A stretch of DNA of 47,454 nucleotides, taken from assembly GCA_043804695.1 (NCBI GenBank), contig JAZDIV010000087.1, forward strand, positions 1 to 47,454. Reading direction: 5' to 3'. This stretch comes from PVC group bacterium (lineage in GTDB: Bacteria > Auribacterota > Erginobacteria > Erginobacterales > Erginobacteraceae). Of the stretch, positions 28,367 through 38,378 are shown one piece after another (positions within the stretch are counted from its first letter, which is position 1; each line of letters begins with the position of its first letter). The notes under the pieces were generated by a model that saw only the letters and a program-made list of their open reading frames with translations, made no database searches and had not been told where the DNA came from. A program made the position numbers and the translations under genes.

Positions 28367-30352
28367 ATGGCGAACAGGCAGCAACCGAAAGGCAAGTTTC
28401 CGCAGGTCCAGAACCCGAAGAAGCTGAAGTACCTCATCATCTGGCTGGTGCTGGGGATCGGGGTGATCTATCTCTATTACGGGCAGCAGCTCGGGCGCCC
28501 CTCTCCCCGCCGGCTCAGTTATTCCGAGGTGGTCAATTACGCCCAGAGCGGCCAGATCGTCAAGCTGGCAATCAACGGCGAAGAGGGAACCGGCCAGTTT
28601 CTGGACGGGAAAGAATATAAGGATTTTACCGTGATTCTTCCCGCTCTTCTGCCGGCCGACTTTTTGCCCCTGCTCAGGGAAAACAATGTCGAGATCGATT
28701 TTACCAAGGCCAGCTGGTGGAAAGAAATTCTGCCCATCCTGATCGGGCCGCTGCTCTTTGTCGGGCTTCTCTGGCTTCTCTTTTATCACCAGATGCGGGG
28801 GGCCGGGAAGGGGGCACTGAGTTTCGGCAAGAGCCGGGCCCGTCTCCACAAGGGAACGGACAAGTTCACCTTCAAGGATGTGGCCGGGGTGACGGAGCCC
28901 AAGGAGGAACTGGAGGAGATCATCGCCTTTCTGAAGGATCCGAAGAAATTCCAGCGTCTGGGGGGCCGGATCCCGAAAGGGGTGATCCTGATCGGGCCGC
29001 CCGGCACCGGAAAGACGCTCCTGGCCAAGGCCGTGGCCGGCGAGGCCAGTGTCCCCTTCTTTTCTCTCTCCGGATCGGACTTCGTGGAGATGTTCGTCGG
29101 GGTCGGCGCCTCCCGGGTCCGGGACATGTTCGAGCAGGGCCGCAAGAACGCCCCCTGCATCATCTTCCTCGACGAGATCGACGCCGTCGGCCGCCACCGG
29201 GGGTCGGGCCTGGGCGGCGGCCATGACGAGCGGGAACAGACGCTGAACCAGCTGCTGGTAGAGATGGACGGATTCGAGACCAAGGAGGGGGTGATCCTGA
29301 TCGCCGCCACCAACCGGCCGGACGTCCTCGACCCGGCCCTCCTGCGGCCCGGCAGGTTCGACCGCCAGATCATGATCGACATGCCCGACATCAAGGGGCG
29401 GGAAGAGATCCTCAAGGTCCACGCGGAGAAGATCGTCCTCGCCCGGTCGGTCACCTTCTCCCGGATCGCCCGGGGGACGCCCGGTTTTTCCGGCGCGGAC
29501 CTGGCCAACCTGATCAACGAAGCGGCCCTGCTGGCGGCCCACAACGGCAAGAAGAGCGTCGGCATGTTCGAACTGGAAGAGGCCCGCGACAAGGTGCGAT
29601 GGGGGAGGGAGCGGAAAAGCCGGGTGATGGACGAGGAGGACCGGAAGGTGACCGCCTACCACGAAGCGGGCCACGCGCTGGTCATCACGTTGATCCCGGA
29701 TGCCGAGCCCCTTCACAAGGTCACCATCATCCCCCGGGGGATCGCCTACCTGGGAGCGACGATGCAGCTTCCGGAGAAGGACCGGTACCTGGAATTCAAG
29801 AAGAAGCTTCTGGGCGTGGTCACCGGCCTCTTCGGGGGAAGGGTAGCCGAGGAGATCACTTTCGGCGACATCACCGCCGGCTCCCGGAACGACATCAAGA
29901 TCGCCACCGGGCTGGCCCGGCAAATGGTCTGCGAGTGGGGGATGAGCGATAAGATGGGGCCGATGACATACGGGGAGCATGAGGAATATCTCTTCCTGGG
30001 CCGGGAGATAACGCGGTCGAGCGATTACAGCGAGGCGACCGCCCAGGAGATAGACCGGGAGATCAAGAAGATCATCGACGAGTGTTACCGGCGCGCGCAG
30101 GATCTCCTCGCCGGGCACCGGAACAAGCTGAGGGCCCTGGCCGAGGCGCTTCTGGAGTACGAGGTCCTCAATGGCGAGGAGATAAATGAGGTCATCGAGA
30201 CCGGGAGATTAGCACTGAAAGCCGGCCGGAGAAAGAAGCGCCGGCCGTCGGAAGAGAAGAACCAGCAGAAGGTGACGAAGCCAGAGGAGGACAAAGAAGC
30301 GATTCCGGAACCGGGACTTCTTTCTCCGGCCGAGAACCCCGCCTCCCCCTGA
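28367..30352 (+). CDS. ftsH: ATP-dependent zinc metalloprotease FtsH
   Basis: Two TM segments, Walker [40 protein letters not shown] and HEAGH. Confidence 0.98.
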   Translation: MANRQQPKGKFPQVQNPKKLKYLIIWLVLGIGVIYLYYGQQLGRPSPRRLSYSEVVNYAQSGQIVKLAINGEEGTGQFLDGKEYKDFTVILPALLPADFLPLLRENNVEIDFTKASWWKEILPILIGPLLFVGLLWLLFYHQMRGAGKGALSFGKSRARLHKGTDKFTFKDVAGVTEPKEELEEIIAFLKDPKKFQRLGGRIPKGVILIGPPGTGKTLLAKAVAGEASVPFFSLSGSDFVEMFVGVGASRVRDMFEQGRKNAPCIIFLDEIDAVGRHRGSGLGGGHDEREQTLNQLLVEMDGFETKEGVILIAATNRPDVLDPALLRPGRFDRQIMIDMPDIKGREEILKVHAEKIVLARSVTFSRIARGTPGFSGADLANLINEAALLAAHNGKKSVGMFELEEARDKVRWGRERKSRVMDEEDRKVTAYHEAGHALVITLIPDAEPLHKVTIIPRGIAYLGATMQLPEKDRYLEFKKKLLGVVTGLFGGRVAEEITFGDITAGSRNDIKIATGLARQMVCEWGMSDKMGPMTYGEHEEYLFLGREITRSSDYSEATAQEIDREIKKIIDECYRRAQDLLAGHRNKLRALAEALLEYEVLNGEEINEVIETGRLALKAGRRKKRRPSEEKNQQKVTKPEEDKEAIPEPGLLSPAENPASP

Positions 30353-30369
30353 GACCCCGGATCAGACCC

Positions 30370-31260
30370 ATGATGGAAAAATCGGCACGCGCTTCGTTTC
30401 TGCTCGAATGGACGGACCGTCCGGGGCGCGGCCATCGCCTCTCCCTGGGCGGCGAAACGGTGGTGATGGGAGTTCTCAACCTGACCCCCGATTCATTCTA
30501 TGACGGCGGATTTTATCCAGGCGTCGAAGCGGCGGTGGACCGGGCGCTGGCGATGGAGAAAGCGGGGGCCGGGATCATCGATCTGGGGGGCGAGTCGTCC
30601 CGCCCGGGCGCCGAACGGGTCACGGCTGACGAAGAGCTGCGAAGAGTGATGCCGGTCCTGGAGCGTCTGGTCGGACGCCTCTCGGTCCCGGTGTCGATCG
30701 ACACCTGCCAGGCGGCGGTGGCGGCCCGGGCGCTGGAAGCAGGGGCGCAGATCGTCAACGACATCGGCGCCCTGGGGCTTGATCCCGGAATGGCTTCCGT
30801 GGTGGCGGACCACTCCGGGCCCTACGTGATGATGCACATGCAGGGCACTCCCGGAACCATGCAGGAGCGGCCGTTCTACCGGGACCTCTGGGGAGAGCTG
30901 AAGGAATTTTTCCGGGAGCGGATCGAGCGGGCGGCATCGGCCGGGATCGATCCCGGCCGGATCATCATCGACCCCGGGATCGGCTTCGGGAAGACGCCCG
31001 ACCATAACCTGGAGATCATCGCCGGGCTCCCGGCCCTGGCCGGGCTGGGGCGCCCGATCCTGGTCGGGCCGTCCCGGAAGTCATTCATCGGGGCGATCCT
31101 CGACCAGCCGCCGGCGGCCCGCCTCTGGGGGACCGCGGCGGCGGTCGCGGCCTGCGTCCTCGGGGGGGCTCACATCGTCAGGGTTCACGACGTTGAGGAG
31201 ATGAAGGACGTGGCCGCGGTCACCGACCGGATTAAATTAGCGGCTACGCCGCTAATTTAG
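30370..31260 (+). CDS. folP: Dihydropteroate synthase
   Basis: MGVLNLTPDSFYDGG, GGESSRPGA, DPGIGFGK, SRKSF and RVHDV. Confidence 0.97.
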   Translation: MMEKSARASFLLEWTDRPGRGHRLSLGGETVVMGVLNLTPDSFYDGGFYPGVEAAVDRALAMEKAGAGIIDLGGESSRPGAERVTADEELRRVMPVLERLVGRLSVPVSIDTCQAAVAARALEAGAQIVNDIGALGLDPGMASVVADHSGPYVMMHMQGTPGTMQERPFYRDLWGELKEFFRERIERAASAGIDPGRIIIDPGIGFGKTPDHNLEIIAGLPALAGLGRPILVGPSRKSFIGAILDQPPAARLWGTAAAVAACVLGGAHIVRVHDVEEMKDVAAVTDRIKLAATPLI

Positions 31261-31346
31261 ATTATTGAAATCCCGAGACAGCAAGCTGGACGTTAACGTC
31301 CAGCGTCGAACGATAAAATTTTGCGACGAAGGAGCAAAATTTTACA

Positions 31347-32087
31347 ATGATCAGGTTGGCCACAGCCGGGATTGAGGTCACTATCCTCATCATCCTGTGC
31401 TATTACTTCCTCGTCTTCATCCGGGCCACCGGAGCCGCCCAGGCGTTGAAAGGGATCGCCGTGCTGGCCCTGACCTTCGGACTGGCCCGTCTGATCCACT
31501 TGGATGTCCTGTTCTCCCTCTTCTCCCGCACCTTCTCCTACCTTTTTCTGTCTTTCGTGATCATCTTCGCCCCGGAACTTCGCCGGGCTCTGGCCGAGCT
31601 GGGGCGGCGGAGGATATTCAGCAGCGTCTCGATCGGGGACCGGGTCATCGACGATGTGGTGAAAGCGGTGATGGAGCTCTCCCGGAGGAAGATGGGGGGC
31701 CTGATCGCGCTGCAGCGGGACATCGGGCTCGGGGTCTGGGTCCAGTCGGGAGTTTACCTGAACAGCGAGATAGCCAGCAAGCTGCTGGTGAGCATCTTCA
31801 TGCCCTTCGGGCCGCTCCACGACGGCGGGGTGGTCATCCAGGGCGACAAGATCATCGCCGCTGCCTGCCTCTTCCCCTTTACCCGGAGGAGCGCCTTCAC
31901 CGAAGGCCTGGGGATGCGGCACAAGGCCGGCCTGGGACTGGCCGAGGCGACGGACGCCGTGGTGATCATCGTCTCGGAGGAGAAAGGGACCGTCTCGGTT
32001 GCTTTCCGGGCCCGGCTGATCCGCGACGTTTCCGAGGATGAGCTGCGGAAGCTGCTGGAAGAGAACCTGCACCTGAAACGGAGATAA
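31347..32087 (+). CDS. cdaA: Diadenylate cyclase CdaA (DacA)
   Basis: Three N-terminal TM segments, FAPELRRAL, PLHDGG, GMRHKAG and VSEEKG. Confidence 0.92.
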   Translation: MIRLATAGIEVTILIILCYYFLVFIRATGAAQALKGIAVLALTFGLARLIHLDVLFSLFSRTFSYLFLSFVIIFAPELRRALAELGRRRIFSSVSIGDRVIDDVVKAVMELSRRKMGGLIALQRDIGLGVWVQSGVYLNSEIASKLLVSIFMPFGPLHDGGVVIQGDKIIAAACLFPFTRRSAFTEGLGMRHKAGLGLAEATDAVVIIVSEEKGTVSVAFRARLIRDVSEDELRKLLEENLHLKRR

Positions 32088-32089
32088 GA

Positions 32090-33064
32090 ATGCCCACGGC
32101 CATTAAACGCTGGATCCGCCACAACCTGTTCCTGAAGGTGCTGGCTCTGATCATCGGAACGGTGGTCTGGTTTGTCGCCTCCCGCTGGGTTTACGAGACC
32201 AGAACCCTGACGGTGCCGGTGGAGCTGATTCTCGCCTCCGGGATGACCCTGAAAAACGTCATCCCCCCCGCGATCACCGTGACCCTGGAATATCCGCGGG
32301 AGGCGGTCGCCTGGGAGGAGGAGAAGGAGAGCGAGATCAAGGTGGTTCACGATCTCAGCAAGACCCGGACCCCGGGCCGGATTGTCTTCGACCTGCAGGA
32401 CAACGATGTAAAAACCCCCTCCCGGTGCCGGGTGATCACGCTTAGTCCTTCCCGGATCACGGCGGAGATCGACCATCTGTCGGAAAAGGTTTTGCCGGTC
32501 AAGGTGGTCTTCAAGGGGACCCCCGGCCGCGGCTACCGGATAGCCGGCCAGCGGGTCATCCCGCCCGAAATCCGGGTGCCCGGCCCCGAGAGCCTGCTCG
32601 GGACCATGACCAAGATCGAGACCGAGCCGGTGAATGTGATGGGACGCGAGATCTCCTTCGATGCCGCGGCTGCCCTGAAGCCGATCAGCTCTTTTTCCGG
32701 AGAAGAGAAACAGAAAGTCACCGTGATCGTTACCATCCGCCAGGAGCTGAAAGAACGGGTTTTCAAGGCGGTCGGGGTCGATATCCTCAAGGAGGCCGGG
32801 AGGGGGGGGAACATCCAGCTTGCCCCGAAGCAGGTTGATCTCTACCTGAAAGGCCCCGAACCGGCCATCGACGCCGTCACCGTTGATGACCTCCGGGTCT
32901 ATGTGGACATCATCGGCCTGGAACCGGGGCCCTGGGAGCTTTTCCTTCAGACGGCCTTCCCCCCGGATGTGGTCCTGGACCGGGCCGACCCCGCGATCGT
33001 CAAGGTGACCCTGGAACAGGGTCCGGGCGGCCTCCTCGGCCCGGGAACGGTCATTAAACCATAG
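32090..33064 (+). CDS. cdaR: CdaR/YbbR-like regulator
   Basis: N-terminal KVLALIIGTVVWF TM segment and three beta-rich YbbR-like repeats; directly after cdaA. Confidence 0.85.
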   Translation: MPTAIKRWIRHNLFLKVLALIIGTVVWFVASRWVYETRTLTVPVELILASGMTLKNVIPPAITVTLEYPREAVAWEEEKESEIKVVHDLSKTRTPGRIVFDLQDNDVKTPSRCRVITLSPSRITAEIDHLSEKVLPVKVVFKGTPGRGYRIAGQRVIPPEIRVPGPESLLGTMTKIETEPVNVMGREISFDAAAALKPISSFSGEEKQKVTVIVTIRQELKERVFKAVGVDILKEAGRGGNIQLAPKQVDLYLKGPEPAIDAVTVDDLRVYVDIIGLEPGPWELFLQTAFPPDVVLDRADPAIVKVTLEQGPGGLLGPGTVIKP

Positions 33065-33123
33065 CCGCGGCGCAAGACCGTGGGGGTCCCTTGCGAGCAA
33101 GTTCCCGGGCTGGAGGATGGGCA

Positions 33124-33382
33124 GTGAAAAAAATATTCTCAATCCTGCTGATTGCGGTCCTGGCGGGGCTTCTTCTCTCCCCCGGAGCGGGTTCTGGTTA
33201 ACGGCAACCCGGGGCCTGGCCGGCAGATACCTGGAAATGGCCGAGAAAGCCGCCACGGATAAGGAAAAAAACCCCTCCGCCAGCGTGCCGGGGCCGTCGC
33301 CCGGGAGATTATCGGGAAATATCCCTGCTCCCCGCAGGCCGAACAGGTGCGGGAGTTCATGAAGGCAAACAAGATCAAGTAA
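33124..33382 (+). pseudogene. Probable frameshifted small exported protein gene
   Basis: Signal-like MKKIFSILLIAVLAGLLLS (GTG 33124), helical GLAGRYLEMAEKAATDKEK and LRQRAGAVAREIIGKYPCSPQAEQVREFMKANKIK* occupy three successive frames, with the shifts near homopolymers. Confidence 0.45.
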
Positions 33383-33388
33383 ATATTC

Positions 33389-33479
33389 GCCACCAAGACA
33401 CGAAGTCACCAAGAAAAGATAGAAAACAGCCAGCTTTCACCTTTTTTGGTTTTTCTTAGTGTCTTGGTGCCTTAGTGGC
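33389..33479. repeat. Element with caccaag tandem arms in inverted orientation; single arms at 12085-12109 and 25076-25100
   Basis: gccaccaagacacgaagtcaccaag ... cttagtgtcttggtgccttagtggc. Confidence 0.75.
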
Positions 33480-33506
33480 AAAGTTACGAGCGGGGTGTGC
33501 TAAGGC

Positions 33507-34241
33507 ATGAGTGAAAGGATCAAACTGGGAGTCAACATCGATCACGTGGCCACCATCCGGGAGGCCCGGAAGGGAAAAGAGCCCGACCCGGTCTGGGCCG
33601 GGGCTCTCTGCGAACTGGCCGGGGCCGACATCATCACGGTCCATCTCCGGGAGGACCGGCGCCACATCAACGACCGGGACCTGCGGCTTCTCCGGCAAAC
33701 GGTGCAGACCAAGCTCAACCTGGAGATGGCGGACACCGCCGAGATCATCAGGATCGCCCTCGAGGTCAAGCCGGAGCAGGTGACACTGGTCCCGGAGAAA
33801 CGGGAAGAGGTGACGACCGAGGGGGGGCTCGACGTCCGGACGAACCTGGTTTCGCTGTCGGCGGCCGCCAAGAAGTTTCGGGAGGCCGGGATCCTGGTCA
33901 GCTACTTCATCGACCCGGCGGAGGAGCAGCTGCTGGCCAGCCGGGAGGCCGCCGCCGATTTTGTCGAGCTCCACACCGGGGCCTTTGCCAATGCGGTTGG
34001 CGAGAAGGCGGTTGACCGCGAGTTCAAAAAACTCTTCGCCGCCGCCGAACGGGGCAGGGAGCTGGGGCTGCGGATCAATGCCGGCCACGGTCTCAACTAC
34101 CTGAACGTGCGGCGGATCCTCTCCCTCCCCGGTCTGGAAGAACTCCACATCGGCCACAGCATCATCTCCCGGGCGGTTTTCGTCGGCCTCGGCCGCGCGG
34201 TCCGGGAAATGATTAATATTATTTTTTCTTCGAAAAAATAA
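33507..34241 (+). CDS. pdxJ: Pyridoxine 5'-phosphate synthase
   Basis: [45 protein letters not shown] and HIGHSII. Confidence 0.98.
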   Translation: MSERIKLGVNIDHVATIREARKGKEPDPVWAGALCELAGADIITVHLREDRRHINDRDLRLLRQTVQTKLNLEMADTAEIIRIALEVKPEQVTLVPEKREEVTTEGGLDVRTNLVSLSAAAKKFREAGILVSYFIDPAEEQLLASREAAADFVELHTGAFANAVGEKAVDREFKKLFAAAERGRELGLRINAGHGLNYLNVRRILSLPGLEELHIGHSIISRAVFVGLGRAVREMINIIFSSKK

Positions 34242-34322
34242 TAGATGTAATCAAGCCGATATAAAAGTTGTATAGCAGGAATTATTAATCCGACCGTGGT
34301 AGTATTTACAGCAAGGATTGCG

Positions 34323-34448
34323 GTCATTGCGAGCGTTAGCCGAAGCCGCGAGCAAAGCGTGGCGGGAAGCAATCTCTTGCTGTGCATATAGTTGAGACTG
34401 CGTAGCCTGTCCCGAGCGATAGCGAAGGATCTCGCTCCTCGCAATGAC
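34323..34448. repeat. REP-like element with terminal inverted repeats gtcattgcgag...ctcgcaatgac and a nested GTAG hairpin
   Basis: 11-bp TIRs at 34323 and 34438; internal gtagcctgtcccgagcgatagcgaagga (34402) resembles the units at 5096 and 5307. Confidence 0.75.
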
Positions 34449-34497
34449 ATGTCCATACAATTATGGACTGACTAATAACTATTGCGGATAATTCAGG

Positions 34498-35115
34498 CTA
34501 CCTGTCTTCCGGCAGGATTTCCACCGGTACCTCCGCAAGTTTCTTGAAAACGTCCGCGTCGAGGCGCGTCCCGACCGCGCTGCCGAAGTGAACGGGGATA
34601 GCCAGTCGGGGTTTCATCCGATTGGCGACCCGGGCCGCTTCCCCGGAGGTCATCGTGTAGGTGCCTCCCACCGGGACGATGAGAATGTCGGGAGCGATAG
34701 TATCCATCTCGGGGATATAGTCGGTGTCCCCGGTGAAGTAAATGCTCTCCCCCCCCATCTCAATGAAGTACCCCACCCAGGCGTTCGCCCGGGGATGAAA
34801 GGATTTGCCGATATTATACGCGGGAACGGTCCTGATCACGACCGTCCCCGCCGTTATGGTCTGGTCGGGCAACACCGGCCGGAAGCCGGAAGGAAGGGCG
34901 TCCGCGCAGTCCGGGGGAGCGAGAATCAACGTGTCGTCCCGGGCGATCATGGCCACATCTTTTTTTGAGCAATGATCGTGATGGCTGTGAGTGATGAGGA
35001 TGATGTCGGACTTCGGCCGGTCGGCCCGTAAACGCCAGGGATCGATATAGATGACCTTCTCCCCTTCGATTCGAATGGAGGCATGCCCCAGCCAGCGGAT
35101 CTTGTTTGCGGTCAT
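34498..35115 (-). CDS. MBL-fold metallo-hydrolase (UPF0173/lactamase_B_3-like)
   Basis: WLGHAS, IDP, THSHHDH, GDT, PVGGTYTM and PVH. Confidence 0.9.
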   Translation of the reverse strand: MTANKIRWLGHASIRIEGEKVIYIDPWRLRADRPKSDIILITHSHHDHCSKKDVAMIARDDTLILAPPDCADALPSGFRPVLPDQTITAGTVVIRTVPAYNIGKSFHPRANAWVGYFIEMGGESIYFTGDTDYIPEMDTIAPDILIVPVGGTYTMTSGEAARVANRMKPRLAIPVHFGSAVGTRLDADVFKKLAEVPVEILPEDR

Positions 35116-35128
35116 GATGTCCCCCTCT

Positions 35129-35509
35129 TTATTCTTTATCCTCTTCCCCTTCCCCGTAACTCGCCCAGCAATCGCCGGTCTCCCAGACCGTGATCCGGAG
35201 CAGCCTCAGCGGCTTTCCGAACTGTCCCGCCATCTTGGCAAAGAGCAGACGGCTGATGTTCTCCGCGGTGGGCTCCCGGCCGTCGAAATCATCGACCTCG
35301 TTCAGGACCTGATGGTCCCAGGGAGCGGTGGCTCGGGCGAGAGCCTGGCGGACCTCCGTGAAGTCGACCACCATATTCCCGCGCAGCCGGGCGGAGCCGA
35401 CCCGGGCCTCGACCCGGTAGTTGTGGCCGTGGATCCGCCGGCAGCTTTCGCCCGCCCCCCCGTGAAAATGAGCGGCGCTGAACTCGCACTGTACGCCGAT
35501 GGTGAACAT
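35129..35509 (-). CDS. queD: 6-carboxy-5,6,7,8-tetrahydropterin synthase (QueD/PTPS)
   Basis: FSAAH, CRRIHGHNY, WDHQVLN, PTAENI and VWET. Confidence 0.88.
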   Translation of the reverse strand: MFTIGVQCEFSAAHFHGGAGESCRRIHGHNYRVEARVGSARLRGNMVVDFTEVRQALARATAPWDHQVLNEVDDFDGREPTAENISRLLFAKMAGQFGKPLRLLRITVWETGDCWASYGEGEEDKE

Positions 35510-35745
35510 CGATAAATTAGCGCCTCCGGCGCAACTGGGTGACGGTTACGGTAACGAGGCCCGTTTCGTCTGGCGGTTAGGGTCACGTGGGCCAGGTCCC
35601 GCCGTTACCGTTACCCTGACCGATTCGGGCTTCGTTACCCTAACCGTTACCTTTTTTGAAATTCCGAAGCAGTAAATTAGCTCCCTTCGGCCGCTAATTT
35701 ATACTCAAATATATCGTTCTTATTTTTTCGAAGAAAAAAATAAGA

Positions 35746-36831
35746 TTAGGTATGCACCTGCTGGGGCCCGAGATAATCGGGGTACTCAAGCCGGGTCAGG
35801 TAATCGATCTCGGCCAGCGATGATTTGACCAGACGGACCTTGTCATTGTAAGGCAAAAAGGCGCTCTTAAAACCGTTGAGCAGGATATCCCGGAGATTTA
35901 AGGGGGTGAGAGAGAAGTTGCTGACCGCCAGGTAGAGTTCCCGGGTCATGGAAGTGTTCGACATCAGCCGGTTGTCGGTGTTGAGCGTCACCCGCACGCC
36001 GTAGTCGTAGTAGAATTCGAAAGGATGATCGCGGACCGTTTTGACGATGCCGGTCTGGACGTTGCTGGTGAGGCAGATCTCCAGGGGGATGCGGTGGTCG
36101 GTGACGTAGTTGAGGAGGTCGGCGTCCTCGCGAAGCCGGGTTCCGTGACCGATCCGGTTGGCCCCGCAGTAATGAAGGGCCTGGGCGATGCTTTTCGGCC
36201 CGAACGCCTCCCCCGCGTGAACGGTGGAATTGACGTTGTTGTTTATGATCAGGTGGAACGCTTCCAGGTGATCCTTGGCCGGGAAGTCCTTCTCCTCCCC
36301 GGCCAGGTCAAAACCCACCACCCCCCGGTGCTTGTAGGCGACCGCCAGTTCCGCCAGTTCGCAGGACAGCCTGGGGTCCATGTTGCGGATCCCGCAGATA
36401 ATGATCCCGGTCATGATCCCGAAGTCACGCTCCGCTTTTTTGAGCCCGACAACGGCGCTCTCGATAATGTCCGGCATCGAGAGACCGTCTCGGGTATGAA
36501 GGATCGGGGAAAAGCGCACCTCAACGTACCCGACATTTTCCGTCGCACAGTCCTCGGCCAGTTCATAGGCGATCCGTATCAATGAATCACGGTTCTGCAT
36601 GACGGAAAGGGTGATCTCGAAGTCTTTCAGGTAGTCCTCCAGGCTGCCGTAGATGCGCCCCGGGATCAAAATCCTCTCAATCTCTTCGGGGGGAAAGCGC
36701 TTCCCGCCGCCCCCGATCGCCATGTTCTTTCCGGCCAGCTCCAGGAGGGTCTCCATCCGGAGAGAGCCGTCGAGATGGACGTGGAGGTCGGTCTTGGGGA
36801 GCTTCCGGATGAAATCTTCCGTGATTTTCAT
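35746..36831 (-). CDS. add: Adenosine/adenine deaminase
   Basis: LPKTDLHVHLDGS, DLAG, VHAGE, RIGHG, EICLTSN and NTDN. Confidence 0.92.
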   Translation of the reverse strand: MKITEDFIRKLPKTDLHVHLDGSLRMETLLELAGKNMAIGGGGKRFPPEEIERILIPGRIYGSLEDYLKDFEITLSVMQNRDSLIRIAYELAEDCATENVGYVEVRFSPILHTRDGLSMPDIIESAVVGLKKAERDFGIMTGIIICGIRNMDPRLSCELAELAVAYKHRGVVGFDLAGEEKDFPAKDHLEAFHLIINNNVNSTVHAGEAFGPKSIAQALHYCGANRIGHGTRLREDADLLNYVTDHRIPLEICLTSNVQTGIVKTVRDHPFEFYYDYGVRVTLNTDNRLMSNTSMTRELYLAVSNFSLTPLNLRDILLNGFKSAFLPYNDKVRLVKSSLAEIDYLTRLEYPDYLGPQQVHT

Positions 36832-36895
36832 TATCAGGCATTATACATTTTTATTTCAAAACATCTATCCCAAATTATTCATCCGTTTGTAAAAA

Positions 36896-38224
36896 TCAGT
36901 GCGCGCGCTTTTTAAGCTCGAACCGGATCGGGACTCCTTCAAAGCCGAACGCCCGGCGAAGGACGTTTTCGAGGTATTTCTCGTAATTGCCCGAGATCAG
37001 GTCGGGATCATTGACAAAAAGCCGGAAGACCGGCGGGGCCGTCCGGGTCTGGGCGGCGTAGAAAATCTTCAGCGTCTTGTGTTTCCGCCTCCGGGCGGAG
37101 ACCTGTTCCTGGGCCTGCTGGAGAACCCGGTTGAGCGCGGCGGTGCTGACGGTCTCCTGCCGCCGGTCCGCCACCTGGATGACCGATTCCATCAATTCCT
37201 TTATCCCCTTCCCGGTCAGCCCGGATAAAAAAACCATCGGAAGGAACCCGGCAAATGGCAACTGATGCCGGACGGTCTCCCGGTATTCCCGCCGGGAGAG
37301 GGAGCCGGCCAGGTCCCACTTATTCACGCCCAGGACGCACCCCTTGCCGGCGCTCAGCGCCAGTTCGACGAATTCGGCGTCGGTGCGGGTCGGAGGATGC
37401 GGGGTCTCGAGAAGGAGAAGAACGACATCGGAACGTTTCATCCCCCCCCTGGTCCGGCTGAGACTGAAGAAGTCAAGTGCCGACCGCGAGTCGATTCGCC
37501 GGTGCAGCCCGGCGGTGTCGATCAACCCGAACTCCCGCCCCGCCCATCGGAAAGACGCATCGACGGCGTCCCGGGTCGTCCCCGGCAGCGCGTCCACCAC
37601 CACCCGCTCCTCACCGACCAGGCGGTTGACCAGCGTTGACTTCCCGACGTTCGGGCGCCCGACGATGGCGAGAGATGTCGCCCCCGGCCCGGAAAGAGGA
37701 AGACACCGTTCAATGCCGGCGACGACCGCGTCCAGGAGGTCGTTGATGCCTAAACCGTGGACGGCGGAGACGGGCAGGCAGTGATCGAAGCCGAGTTTCA
37801 TGAATTCGCTCCCGCCCAGCTCCAGGTCCCGATTGTCCGCTTTATTCGCCGTCAGGATGACTTTTTTCCCCCGGCGGCGGAGAATCGCCGCCACCTCTTC
37901 ATCCAGAGGGGCGAGCCCCTCCTGGATATCGACCACCAGCAGGCACAAAGACGCTTCTTTGATCGCCGTCTCCACCTGTCCGGCGATTTTGGAGTTCAAC
38001 CCCAGCCGGACGCCGGGGAGGAGCCCGCCGGTATCCACCAGCTGAAAAGAGGCGTTATCCCAGCAGACGTCCCCGTAGATCCGGTCCCGGGTGGTTCCGG
38101 CCTCGCTGTGGACGACGGCCACCCGGCGCCCGACCAGGCGATTGAAAAGTGTCGATTTCCCGACATTCGGGCGCCCGACGATCGCAACCAGGGGAGGAGA
38201 AGACTGTTGTTCGGGAGTATTCAT
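36896..38224 (-). CDS. der: Ribosome biogenesis GTPase Der (EngA)
   Basis: Two G domains (GRPNVGKS twice, GTTRD twice, DTGG/DTAG, NKAD/NKWD) and a KH-like C-terminus (FGFEGVPI). Confidence 0.97.
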   Translation of the reverse strand: MNTPEQQSSPPLVAIVGRPNVGKSTLFNRLVGRRVAVVHSEAGTTRDRIYGDVCWDNASFQLVDTGGLLPGVRLGLNSKIAGQVETAIKEASLCLLVVDIQEGLAPLDEEVAAILRRRGKKVILTANKADNRDLELGGSEFMKLGFDHCLPVSAVHGLGINDLLDAVVAGIERCLPLSGPGATSLAIVGRPNVGKSTLVNRLVGEERVVVDALPGTTRDAVDASFRWAGREFGLIDTAGLHRRIDSRSALDFFSLSRTRGGMKRSDVVLLLLETPHPPTRTDAEFVELALSAGKGCVLGVNKWDLAGSLSRREYRETVRHQLPFAGFLPMVFLSGLTGKGIKELMESVIQVADRRQETVSTAALNRVLQQAQEQVSARRRKHKTLKIFYAAQTRTAPPVFRLFVNDPDLISGNYEKYLENVLRRAFGFEGVPIRFELKKRAH

Positions 38225-38378
38225 TTTTTAAAGCGAGTCCGGTTGTGGGGAAAGATCTATATAATGACGAAATCCTCAGCCAGAGGCTGATCCGCCTTTG
38301 GCGGAGAATGACGCATGAATGGATAAATCCACAAGTCGAATGCCCCGGGCTACTCCCCACTCCCCACTGCCTATCGGA

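Noticed and set aside
28295..30118. 607-aa minus-strand ORF
   Set aside because: Typical antisense shadow of ftsH.
31754..33412. 552-aa minus-strand ORF
   Set aside because: Antisense to cdaA/cdaR; no domain signal.
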